Made by a program: the position numbers and the translations under genes | NCBI GenBank assembly: GCA_035623515.1 | Contig: DASPTH010000140.1 | Coordinates: 16,088-40,087 of the forward strand | Direction: 5' to 3' | Length of the DNA: 24,000 nucleotides | From: Acidimicrobiia bacterium | Lineage (GTDB): Bacteria; Actinomycetota; Acidimicrobiia; IMCC26256; DASPTH01 | In this document: in pieces, positions 8,985 through 16,609 of the stretch | Numbering within the stretch: position 1 is the stretch's first letter | How the letters are laid out: the number at the start of each line of letters is the position of its first letter | The notes under the pieces: model-generated | Database searches by the model: none | What the model saw: the letters and a program-made list of their open reading frames with translations, nothing else | Told to the model about the DNA's origin: nothing

Positions 8985-9153
8985 GCGAAGACAGTACCGG
9001 CGGTCGGAGATCGAGCGGCGCGGGGAATCGGCCGGATGGCAGATGTCGTGCCGCCGTGACCACCAAGCTCGGCGTCTCCACCCGCGCGCAGCTCGCGGCC
9101 GCCGTCGCTCGGCGCGCCGCGGAACGGGGAACTCGAGGAGGTGCCGGGATCGA

Positions 9154-10008
9154 TTAGGTGACGACTTCGAGCACGGCAGAGGCGGACGTGACCTTGCGGT
9201 CCGCGTTGCCCTCGTCGTGCATGACGAGCCGCACGCCGACCTTGTTCCCGGGGCCGGGGACTGCCTGACTCACGACGCGGAAGGGCCCGACCTTGCCACG
9301 GGCGAGGAACATCACGTGCCAGCTCTGCATCTGCAGCATGTCGGTGCCCACGAGCTCGGACGCCCCGTCGATCGCCGCGGCTTCCAGCACGATGTGCTGC
9401 GGGCCGATGTGGAGCGCCGCGTCGGGCGACGCGAGCTCGACCGACAGCTCGGGCAGCACCCAGTGGCCGTCGTCGCGGCGAAAGGCGCCGAACACCTGCC
9501 AAAGGGGCGGCAGGTCGGGTGAGTCCTCGATCACGAGCTTGTTCTCGGGCATCTTCTCGAGCCCTTCGGGGACGTCTCCGATGCGCGCGCCCTGCCCCTC
9601 GGTGAAGGCGATGACGCGGTCGCGGTTGTCGGCGTCGACGATCAGGGAGCGGCTGTACCCCATGCGAGTACCGGAGTGCAGGATCTCCGACTCGACGACT
9701 TCGATGCGCTTCACATCGCGCGCCGGGTCGAGGATCTGGCACGAGTGGATCACCGGGTTCGGCACCGTCACGATGTCGGCACCGACGTTGCCTTCGGGTG
9801 AGCTGATCGACAGTGGAGCGACGAGCAGGCCTCCGGCTGCGTTGCGCATGTCGCGCCGCAGCGTGACCGTGTTGTCCTCCGGACCGATGTTCATCGAGCT
9901 GTGGTTGCGCCCGATGTACCGGTAGCTCAGGAGCCCGCCCCAACGCCGCTGCAGCTCGGTCGCGTACGCCTCGGGGTCGTCTCTCAACTCGCGGATGTCG
10001 CGCAACAT
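9154..10008 (-). CDS. hypothetical protein, probably tandem hotdog-fold (PaaI-like thioesterase) domains
   Basis: Track ORF 9154..10008(-), ATG start, high GC3. Two roughly 120-aa halves, each with a hotdog-like pattern (..NAAGGLLVAPLSIS.. and ..HIGPQHIVLEAAAIDGASE..). The functional call comes from pattern recognition only. Confidence 0.55.
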   Translation of the reverse strand: MLRDIRELRDDPEAYATELQRRWGGLLSYRYIGRNHSSMNIGPEDNTVTLRRDMRNAAGGLLVAPLSISSPEGNVGADIVTVPNPVIHSCQILDPARDVKRIEVVESEILHSGTRMGYSRSLIVDADNRDRVIAFTEGQGARIGDVPEGLEKMPENKLVIEDSPDLPPLWQVFGAFRRDDGHWVLPELSVELASPDAALHIGPQHIVLEAAAIDGASELVGTDMLQMQSWHVMFLARGKVGPFRVVSQAVPGPGNKVGVRLVMHDEGNADRKVTSASAVLEVVT

Positions 10009-10024
10009 CGGACTACGCGTGCGC

Positions 10025-10042
10025 GGGCTGACGGATCAGCCC
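10025..10042. promoter_or_regulatory. perfect 18-bp palindrome GGGCTGA-CGGA-TCAGCCC, candidate operator
   Basis: Lies 17 nt upstream of the ATG (10008) of the tandem-hotdog gene, in the 205-nt divergent intergenic region shared with the SDR gene. Confidence 0.3.
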
Positions 10043-10213
10043 GGTGCTGTCGAATGCCGGCAAGAGATCCACCTTCGCCTCCTCGGGGAACAGAGCTTGC
10101 CGGACACCCTAACGACCGGCTCGGCCATCGGCACAAGGTACGGCCGTGCTGGTGCCGGACTCTACGACGGTGGTGTACTGCGCCCGATCGACGAACGAGA
10201 CGAGGAGACAACG

Positions 10214-11035
10214 GTGGCGAAGTCCGATTTCCTGTACGAGGGCAAGCGGGCGTTGGTCGTCGGTGGCGCGACCGGCATGGGCTCGGCGGCGGCGCAGACA
10301 CTCGTCGAGCTCGGCGCGGAGGTGATCGTGTTCGATCATGCCGAGGTGCCCTTCGACGCCGCGAAGACCGTGCGGGTCGACCTGCGCAACCGCGCGGACA
10401 TCGACGAGGCGCTCGGCGAGCTGGGAGGGGGCGTGGACGCGCTGTTCTCCTGCGCTGGGGTCGCCGACGGAACGCCCGGGATCATGAAGATCAACTTCAT
10501 CGCCCACCGTTACATCATCGAGCGACTGGTCGACTCCGGTGCGTTGGGCCGGGGCAGCGCCGTCTGCATGATCTCGTCGGTCGGCGGCCTCGGGTGGGAG
10601 CAGCACATGGACCGGTTCGGTGACTTCCTGAGCAACGAGTCGTACGAAGACATGGCCGCGTGGGTGGACTCGCACGACGGCACCGACAACTACGGGTTCA
10701 GCAAGCAGGTCATGAACTACTACGTCACACACGAAGCGTTCCAACTCCTCCAGCGAGGTATTCGGATCAACGCGATCATGCCGGGACCGACCGACACACC
10801 GCTCGCGCGCGCGAACGCCGACGTGTGGCTGACGTTCGCGTCCGACTACCGAGACGCGTGCGGGGTCGAGACGCTGATACCGGAGGAGATGGGCAACGTC
10901 ATGGTCTTCCTGAACAGCCGCGCCGCGCGTGGCGTGAACGGTGTGACGTTGCTCGTCGACCAGGGCCACGTGAGCGCGTCACTCACCGATGCGTTCGACG
11001 CGCCGTTCGTCAAGATGATGGCGGGAAGGACGTGA
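10214..11035 (+). CDS. short-chain dehydrogenase/reductase (SDR) family oxidoreductase
   Basis: In frame within track ORF 9995..11035. GTG 10214 is preceded by GAGGAG (10202-10207). Has the Rossmann motif VVGGATGMG and catalytic YGFSK (YxxxK). NAIMPGPTDTP lies after the active site. The resulting 273 aa is a typical SDR length. Confidence 0.9.
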   Translation: MAKSDFLYEGKRALVVGGATGMGSAAAQTLVELGAEVIVFDHAEVPFDAAKTVRVDLRNRADIDEALGELGGGVDALFSCAGVADGTPGIMKINFIAHRYIIERLVDSGALGRGSAVCMISSVGGLGWEQHMDRFGDFLSNESYEDMAAWVDSHDGTDNYGFSKQVMNYYVTHEAFQLLQRGIRINAIMPGPTDTPLARANADVWLTFASDYRDACGVETLIPEEMGNVMVFLNSRAARGVNGVTLLVDQGHVSASLTDAFDAPFVKMMAGRT

Positions 11036-11059
11036 CGACAGAAGCGGGACGACCGACGG

Positions 11060-11082
11060 GAGCACGAGGTGGCGCCGTGCTC
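11060..11082 (+). terminator. hairpin GAGCACG-N9-CGTGCTC 25 nt downstream of the SDR stop
   Basis: Perfect 7-bp inverted repeat. No U-tract. Confidence 0.25.
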
Positions 11083-11157
11083 GGACCCTCACTGGCGCCG
11101 CCCGACGTGCTGTAGGAGTCTGTGGCGAGGACGAATCCTTCGTCGACTGGAGGAAAC

Positions 11158-12588
11158 ATGGCGGTCACCGAAACGGCCCGCGGGTGGCGGGTCGAGGGAC
11201 CCGTGCCGGGTACCCCGACGCTGCTGCTCGGCAACTTCGACTTGGCCGAGCACGGCTACGTCGTCGAGGAGTTCTTCATCGAGGGGACCGCGCGGTCGTT
11301 CTCGGAGGGTCCCGGCGGTGTGCAACCGGCCGACGAGGCCCCGTACCGAACGCGCCTCGTCGTCGTCCGGCCCGACGATCCGAGTACGTGCAGTGGGACG
11401 GTCGTGGCCGAGTGGCTCAACGTCAGCGGTGGTGGTGACGGATGCCCCGACTGGGCGTTCATGCACCGCCAGATCATGCGGACGCGCAGTGTCTTCGTCG
11501 CCGTGTCCGCCCAGCGCGTGGGTATCGAGGGTGGCGGGATTCTCGGCGACATGGGCACCGCGCTCAAGCAGGTGGCACCGGAGCGGTACGCGACGCTGCA
11601 GCACCCGGGTGACGCGTTCGCGTTCGACATGTACTCGCAGGTGGCCGAGGCGTTGCGCAATCATCCCGCGCTCCTCGCCGGAATGGAGCCCGAGTGCGTC
11701 GTCGCAGTCGGTGAGTCCCAGTCGGCCGTCTTCCTCGCGACGTACATCAACAAGGTCGACCCTCTCGCCGAGGTGTACGACGCGTTCCTCGTGCACGGAC
11801 GGGGCTCCCGCGGTGCATCGCTGACCGGGGACATGGGTGTCCCACGGGGCAACGCCGACGTCGACCCGACCGATCTCGCGGCCGCCATGGCGCGTTTCCG
11901 GCAGGAGGCCGCGGACCCGATCGTCGCCGCGCGGGTTCCGGTGATCACCGTCCAGAGCGAGACCGACGTCATCCGCATGTACGGCTTCGGCGCGCGGTGC
12001 CCCGACAGCGACAACACGAGGCTGTGGGAGATCGCGGGGGCTGCCCACTTCGACTCGTGGGGCATGATCGCCGCCCACGAGGACGACGGCACGCTCGCGC
12101 CCGAGCGCCTGGCCGAGCTGGGCGGGCCGACCGACGAGCCGCTCGGGCTGAAGTCGGAGGAGCCGATCAACTCGGGGCCCCAGCAGCACTACGTGCTGAT
12201 GGCCGCCCTCTCGCACCTCGACCGGTGGGCTCGGGACGGCACGCCGGCGCCACACGCGCCCGTGCTCGCGACAACAGGCGACGGCGACACCCTCGCGTTG
12301 GAGCTCGACGAGCACGGCAACGTCCGCGGCGGACTGCGCACGCCGTGGGTGGACGTCCCCGCCGCGGTGCTCTCCGGCATCGGAGCGATGGGCGGCGGTT
12401 TCACCATGCTCTTCGGCGTGACGAGGCCGTTCGATGCGGCCACGCTCGCGCGCCTCTATCCGGGGGGCGTCGACGACTACCTCGAGAAGTTCGCGGTCGC
12501 CGCCGAGTCGGCCCGGGCGAACGGCCACCTCCTCGCCGAGGACGTCCCCGAGATCATCGGTGTCGCTCGCGCCTCCTGGCGCGCCTGA
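11158..12588 (+). CDS. alpha/beta-hydrolase-domain protein (large uncharacterised 'alpha/beta hydrolase domain' family)
   Basis: In frame within track ORF 11122..12588. ATG 11158 is preceded by GGAGGA (11149-11154); GTG 11122 is the alternative start. Putative nucleophile elbow GESQSA. Conserved-looking blocks are TVVAEWLNVSGG, HPGDAFAFDMYSQ and WEIAGAAHFD. Confidence 0.75.
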   Translation: MAVTETARGWRVEGPVPGTPTLLLGNFDLAEHGYVVEEFFIEGTARSFSEGPGGVQPADEAPYRTRLVVVRPDDPSTCSGTVVAEWLNVSGGGDGCPDWAFMHRQIMRTRSVFVAVSAQRVGIEGGGILGDMGTALKQVAPERYATLQHPGDAFAFDMYSQVAEALRNHPALLAGMEPECVVAVGESQSAVFLATYINKVDPLAEVYDAFLVHGRGSRGASLTGDMGVPRGNADVDPTDLAAAMARFRQEAADPIVAARVPVITVQSETDVIRMYGFGARCPDSDNTRLWEIAGAAHFDSWGMIAAHEDDGTLAPERLAELGGPTDEPLGLKSEEPINSGPQQHYVLMAALSHLDRWARDGTPAPHAPVLATTGDGDTLALELDEHGNVRGGLRTPWVDVPAAVLSGIGAMGGGFTMLFGVTRPFDAATLARLYPGGVDDYLEKFAVAAESARANGHLLAEDVPEIIGVARASWRA

Positions 12589-12596
12589 CGGCCGAT

Positions 12597-12612
12597 CCCG
12601 CGCGCACGCGGG
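12597..12612. terminator. hairpin CCCGCG-CGCA-CGCGGG between the convergent hydrolase gene and tRNA-Leu (possible bidirectional terminator)
   Basis: Perfect 6-bp GC stem with a tetraloop, 9 nt after the stop at 12586-12588 and 27 nt beyond the tRNA 3' end. Confidence 0.3.
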
Positions 12613-12638
12613 CAGTGCGGGGTTGGGTGGGGTGGTGG

Positions 12639-12725
12639 TGGTGGGCGAGGGGGGACTTGAACCCCCACGTTCTTGCGAACACAGGCACCTGAAGCCTGCG
12701 CGTCTGCCAATTCCGCCACTCGCCC
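12639..12725 (-). tRNA. tRNA-Leu (anticodon CAG), class II with long variable arm, CCA encoded
   Basis: The reverse complement folds as a cloverleaf: acceptor GGGCGAG/CTCGCCC, anticodon stem CAGGC/GCCTG with loop TTCAGGT (anticodon CAG), a 15-nt variable arm, and T arm GGGGG-TTCAAGT-CCCCC. Discriminator A plus CCA follow. It is 87 nt and closely resembles, from memory, E. coli tRNA-Leu(CAG). Confidence 0.97.
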
Positions 12726-12745
12726 GGGGCGTCGCAGCGTACCAG

Positions 12746-12779
12746 CGAGTGCGCGCGCACCTTCCTCGAGTGCGCGCGC
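12746..12779. repeat. 13-nt direct repeat CGAGTGCGCGCGC x2 with 21-bp period; the first copy contains the perfect 12-nt palindrome GTGCGCGCGCAC
   Basis: Copies at 12746-12758 and 12767-12779, in the tRNA-Leu/fhaA divergent control region. Contains an alternating (CG)4 core. Confidence 0.6.
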
Positions 12780-12880
12780 GGTCGCACGCGACCGGCGGCT
12801 TCAGACGAGCCGCGGCACACCGGTCGGAACGCGCTCCACCGCACGACGTGACGCCCTCGGAACGGCCGGCGCGGTGCACA

Positions 12881-12908
12881 TTGGGAGAGAAGGGGGCACC
12901 GGTACACT
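12881..12908 (+). promoter_or_regulatory. candidate sigma-A-type promoter for the fhaA operon (TTGGGA-N16-TACACT)
   Basis: The -10-like TACACT (12903-12908) ends 9 nt before ATG 12918, which implies a leader of at most about 3 nt. No Shine-Dalgarno sequence lies in between. Confidence 0.3.
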
Positions 12909-12917
12909 CCGCCTGTC

Positions 12918-13574
12918 ATGGGACTCCAGGGGTTCGAGCGACGGCTCGAGCGGCTGGTGGAGGGCACGTTCAACAAGGCCTTCCGCAGCGGACTCCAGCC
13001 CGTCGAGATCGGACGCCGCATCACCCGGGTGCTCGACACCGGGCGCACCCTGGGCGTGAGCGGCCGCAATGTCGCGCCCAACAACATCGGCGTGTACCTC
13101 TCGCCCGCCGATACCGAGCGCTTCCGCTCCTTCGCGGAGGCGCTCGCGCGTGAGCTGGCCGAGGCCGCGCGCCAGCACGCCCGCGACGAGGGGTACCAGT
13201 TCCTCGGGCCGGTGACGGTCACCCTCGTGGAGGACGACTCCCTGAAGAAGGGGGCGTTCGACGTCGTCGCCGAGATCGCCGAAGGCGCCGGCGGGCAGGT
13301 GGGCTCGCTCGTGCTGCCCGACGGGCGCCGGGTCCGGCTCGGGGAGCAGCCGACCGTGCTCGGGCGCAACTCCGACTGCACCGTCCCCCTCTCCGACCCG
13401 CGCGCGTCCCGGCGGCATGCGGAGGTCCGCCCCACCGCCGACGGCTTCCTCATCGTCGACCTCGACTCGATGAACGGCACCAAGGTCAACGGTGTCGCCG
13501 TGCGAGAGCACGTGCTCCACGACGGCGACGAGATCGCGCTCGGCTCGACGGTGATGCGTTTCGAGGCGTCGTAG
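12918..13574 (+). CDS. fhaA: FhaA-type protein: DUF3662 N-terminal domain plus C-terminal FHA domain (short form)
   Basis: Track ORF 12918..13574. The N-terminus MGLQGFERRLERLVEGTFNKAF is typical of FhaA. The C-terminal FHA domain is TVLGRNSDCTVPLSDPRASRRHAEV...DLDSMNGTKVNG. It is the first gene of the conserved cluster. Confidence 0.9.
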   Translation: MGLQGFERRLERLVEGTFNKAFRSGLQPVEIGRRITRVLDTGRTLGVSGRNVAPNNIGVYLSPADTERFRSFAEALARELAEAARQHARDEGYQFLGPVTVTLVEDDSLKKGAFDVVAEIAEGAGGQVGSLVLPDGRRVRLGEQPTVLGRNSDCTVPLSDPRASRRHAEVRPTADGFLIVDLDSMNGTKVNGVAVREHVLHDGDEIALGSTVMRFEAS

Positions 13575-14038
13575 TGCCCGAATCGGTCCTCACGGTCCTC
13601 AAGTTCTGCTTCCTGGCGCTGATCTACCTCTTTCTCTACCGCGTCGTGCGCGTCGTCATCGCCGAGATGCGGGCACCGGCCCCGGCGGCGCCGCCGCCCG
13701 CCCGTCCCGCGGCGACACCTCGCGCCGACACGAGCTCCCGATCCCGGGGGCCGCGCAGCATCCGGATCGTCGAGCCCGCCGCGCGTCGGGGTGAGACGTT
13801 CACCCTCGACGACGAGATCACGATCGGGCGCGGCGGCGGATGCGGGATGGTCCTCGACGACACGTTCGTGTCGCAGGTGCACGCGCGTGTCTTCCGCCGC
13901 GACGGTGGCGTCTACATCGAGGACCTCGGATCACGGAACGGCACGTTGCTGAACGGTCGGCCCCTCTCGACCGCGCAGCGACTGCGACGAGGCGACAGGG
14001 TGCAGTTCGGCCGCACGGTCGCGGAGGCGACGCGCTGA
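13574..14038 (+). CDS. fhaB: FhaB/FipA-type membrane-anchored FHA domain protein
   Basis: Track ORF 13574..14038. The GTG start overlaps the fhaA TAG by 1 nt. N-terminal TM segment (VLTVLKFCFLALIYLFLYRVV), Pro/Ala linker, then the FHA domain (ITIGRGGGCGMVLDDTFVSQVHARV...EDLGSRNGTLLNG). Confidence 0.9.
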   Translation: MPESVLTVLKFCFLALIYLFLYRVVRVVIAEMRAPAPAAPPPARPAATPRADTSSRSRGPRSIRIVEPAARRGETFTLDDEITIGRGGGCGMVLDDTFVSQVHARVFRRDGGVYIEDLGSRNGTLLNGRPLSTAQRLRRGDRVQFGRTVAEATR

Positions 14039-14039
14039 C

Positions 14040-15251
14040 ATGAAGCTCGTGGTCGGCGCGGCGACCGACGTCGGGCGCGTGCGGGAAACCAACGAGGACT
14101 CCTACCTCGTCGACGAGACGATCGGGCTCGTGGCGATCGCCGACGGGATGGGTGGCCATCGCGCGGGTGAGGTCGCGAGCGCTACCGCGCTCGAAGCGCT
14201 CCGCGCGTCGGTGAACGCGGGCCACCCGCTCCGCGAGGCGATCGAAGAGGCGAACGACGCCGTGTTCACCAAGTCCACCAGCAGCCACGAGTTCACCGGC
14301 ATGGGGACGACGCTCACCGTCGGGACGCTCGCCGCGGGAGGCACCCTCCTCGTGGGTCACGTCGGCGATTCCCGCGCGTATCTGCTCCGCGACAGCGAGC
14401 TCCGCCGGCTCACCAACGACCACAGCCGCGTCCAGGAGCTCGTCGACGACGGCCGCCTCACCGCCGACGAAGCGGCAGTGCACCCGATGCGCAACATCGT
14501 CACGCGGGCGGTCGGCGTCGACCCGTCGGTCGACGTCGACGTGTACCCGGTCGAGCTGAAGGTCGGCGACCGCGTGCTGTTCTGCTCCGACGGGCTCACC
14601 GACATGTTGCACGACGACGCGATCGCGAGCGAGCTCCGTCGCGAGGGCGATCCTGCACGAGCCGCGCAGCAACTCGTCGACGCCGCGAACGTCGCCGGGG
14701 GCGTCGACAACATCACCGTGCTGGTGGTGGGCGTGAGCGACGAGGACGCCCGACGCGGCGAGGCGGCTCCTCCCGTGGTGCTGGTCGCCGAGCGGCTCGA
14801 CGAGCCCGCCGACCTCGAAACGGTCCCCCGCCGTGGTCGCGCCCGGACGGTCGGGCGAGTCCTGCTCTGGGTGATCCCGATCCTGGTGATCCTCGGTGTC
14901 GCCATCGGCGCGGTCGCTTGGTACGCACGCCACAGCTACTACGTGTCGGCCAACCGCGGGCGCGTCACCGTGTACCAGGGCGTGCCCGGCGGACTCCTCT
15001 GGTTCGACCCGACCATCGCCCGCCGTACGGGCCTGCGCATCGCCGACCTCCGTCCCGGCGATGCGGCCGACGTGCGTGACGAGCCCAAGTTCTCCTCCCG
15101 CGCGGACGCCAACGCCTACGTCCGGCGCATCCGGAACCGCGCGACCCCGCCGACGACCACCACGACGACCACGACGACCACGACGCCGACCACCACGACG
15201 GTCGCGCCCACGACGACCGTCCCGCCCACGACCGCGGCGGCGGCCCCGTGA
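14040..15251 (+). CDS. pstP: PP2C-family Ser/Thr phosphatase with C-terminal TM and extracytoplasmic domain (PstP/Stp)
   Basis: Track ORF 14040..15251. PP2C motifs: GRVRETNEDS, IADGMGGH, GHVGDSRAYL, LFCSDGLTD, DNITVLVV. TM segment VLLWVIPILVILGVAIGAVAWYA. Thr/Pro-rich tail. Confidence 0.93.
   Translation: MKLVVGAATDVGRVRETNEDSYLVDETIGLVAIADGMGGHRAGEVASATALEALRASVNAGHPLREAIEEANDAVFTKSTSSHEFTGMGTTLTVGTLAAGGTLLVGHVGDSRAYLLRDSELRRLTNDHSRVQELVDDGRLTADEAAVHPMRNIVTRAVGVDPSVDVDVYPVELKVGDRVLFCSDGLTDMLHDDAIASELRREGDPARAAQQLVDAANVAGGVDNITVLVVGVSDEDARRGEAAPPVVLVAERLDEPADLETVPRRGRARTVGRVLLWVIPILVILGVAIGAVAWYARHSYYVSANRGRVTVYQGVPGGLLWFDPTIARRTGLRIADLRPGDAADVRDEPKFSSRADANAYVRRIRNRATPPTTTTTTTTTTTPTTTTVAPTTTVPPTTAAAAP
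15153..15233 (+). repeat. ACC/ACG codon microsatellite encoding the poly-Thr/Pro tail of PstP (T11-P-T4-VAP-T3-VPP-T2)
   Basis: Read directly: acgaccaccacgacgaccacgacgaccacgacg ccg accaccacgacg ... The 9-nt unit acgacgacc is reiterated. Confidence 0.9.
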
Positions 15252-16609
15252 GCCGTCGACCACTCACCGCCCGGCGCCGCCGCGCCCACGAGCTCGGGCT
15301 CGGCCTGATGGCCGTGATCATCACGTGTGGCGGCTACGTGCTGCTCCTCCTGTCGGAGAAGCCCGACCTGCCACCCGACCTGTGGGCGATCCTCCTGGCG
15401 GTCCTCGGCCTGTACGTCGCCGCCCATTTGGCCGTCCGCCGCTTCGCACCGCGCGCCGACGCCACACTCCTGCCGATCGCGTTCGTGCTCAACGGCATCG
15501 GCTTCATCGCGATCTCTCGCCTCGATCGCGACCTCGCGCGTGTCCAGGCAGTGTGGACCGCGGTGTCGATTGCTGCATTCGTGCTGACGCTCGTCTTCGT
15601 GCGGCACGTTCGCACGCTCGAGCGCTACCGGTACACGTGCCTCCTCCTCGGTGTCGCCGCGCTGTTGCTGCCGTCACTCCCGGTCGTCGGGGAGGAGATC
15701 AACGGGGCACGGCTGTGGGTCCGCTTCGGCCCGCTCAACTTCCAGCCCGCCGAGGCGGCCAAGGTGCTGCTCGTCGTGTTCTTCGCCGCCTATCTCGTCG
15801 ACAAACGCGAGTTGCTGCGCTCCGGCACGCGCCGCCTCTTCGGCATCGCGATGCCCGACCCGAAGCACCTCGGCCCGCTCCTCCTCGCGTGGGCCGTCTC
15901 GATCCTCGTGATGGTGCGCGAGCGGGATCTCGGATCATCCCTGCTGTTCTTCACGGTCTTCGCCGCGATGCTCTACATCGGGACCGAACGAGGTTCCTAC
16001 CTGCTCGTCGCGTTCGTGATGTTCGCAGCCGGCGCGGTCGCGGCCTACGAGCTCTTCGGTCACGTGCAGGACCGGGTGACGGCGTGGATCGATCCGTGGC
16101 CGGTCGCGCGCACGATCGGCTTCCAGATCGTGCAGTCGATGTACGCGCTCGGCAGCGGGGGGTTCGCCGGCACCGGCTTGGGGCTGGGGAGCCCGCAGAA
16201 GATCCCGAACGCACCCACCGACTTCGTGTTCGCCGCGATCGGTGAGGAGCTCGGTCTGATCGGGACGGTGGCCATCTGCATCGCGTTCCTGCTCTTCGTG
16301 GGGAGCGGGCTGCGGATCGCGACACAAGCCGAGCGCCCGTTCAACAAGTTGTTCGCCGCCGGACTCACCGTCATCGTCGGCGTACAGGCGTTCGTGATCA
16401 TCGGGGGCGTGATCCGGGTGATCCCGCTCACCGGTATCACGCTGCCCTTCATCTCCTACGGCGGCTCGTCGCTCGTGGCGAACTTCGTCATCGTGGCGTT
16501 GCTCCTGCGGATCTCCGACGAGACGACCGCGCGCGCCGAAGAACCCGGCGCGCGGTCGACGGCTGCGATCGCACCCGGGCGCGAGTTCGTGCAGGGCCAT
16601 CACCGATGA
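15248..16609 (+). CDS. rodA: SEDS-family peptidoglycan glycosyltransferase (FtsW/RodA family)
   Basis: Track ORF 15248..16609. The GTG start sits in a GTGA overlap with the pstP stop. Polytopic. Family blocks: NGARLWVRFGPLNFQPAE.AK, DLGSSLLFF, IPNAPTDFVFAAIGEELGLIG and PLTGITLPFISYGGSS. Confidence 0.93.
   Translation: MSRRPLTARRRRAHELGLGLMAVIITCGGYVLLLLSEKPDLPPDLWAILLAVLGLYVAAHLAVRRFAPRADATLLPIAFVLNGIGFIAISRLDRDLARVQAVWTAVSIAAFVLTLVFVRHVRTLERYRYTCLLLGVAALLLPSLPVVGEEINGARLWVRFGPLNFQPAEAAKVLLVVFFAAYLVDKRELLRSGTRRLFGIAMPDPKHLGPLLLAWAVSILVMVRERDLGSSLLFFTVFAAMLYIGTERGSYLLVAFVMFAAGAVAAYELFGHVQDRVTAWIDPWPVARTIGFQIVQSMYALGSGGFAGTGLGLGSPQKIPNAPTDFVFAAIGEELGLIGTVAICIAFLLFVGSGLRIATQAERPFNKLFAAGLTVIVGVQAFVIIGGVIRVIPLTGITLPFISYGGSSLVANFVIVALLLRISDETTARAEEPGARSTAAIAPGREFVQGHHR

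Noticed and set aside
6003-9081. N-terminal extensions of WS/DGAT (to 7949), the esterase (to 9081) and the thiolase (22004..23767) suggested by the longest-ORF track
   Set aside because: The extensions are Arg/Pro-rich nonsense that overlap other real genes. Family-typical N-termini begin at the internal ATG/GTG codons given in the feature list.
8978-9157. The 59-codon plus-strand ORF as an intact stand-alone LuxR/GerE regulator
   Set aside because: Only the final helix pattern (KLGVSTRAQLAAAV) is present. The preceding ~30 codons have mixed GC3 and no helix-turn-helix sequence, and the ORF start would overlap the oxidoreductase-remnant start. It is treated as a remnant.
12619-12654. Canonical G-quadruplex on the plus strand (GGGG-TT-GGG-T-GGGG-...-GGG-CGA-GGGGGG)
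   Set aside because: The fourth G-tract requires a 10-nt loop, and the last tracts lie inside the tRNA gene (acceptor/T stem). The C-rich complement as a tRNA trailer is the more parsimonious reading. It cannot be excluded without biophysics.
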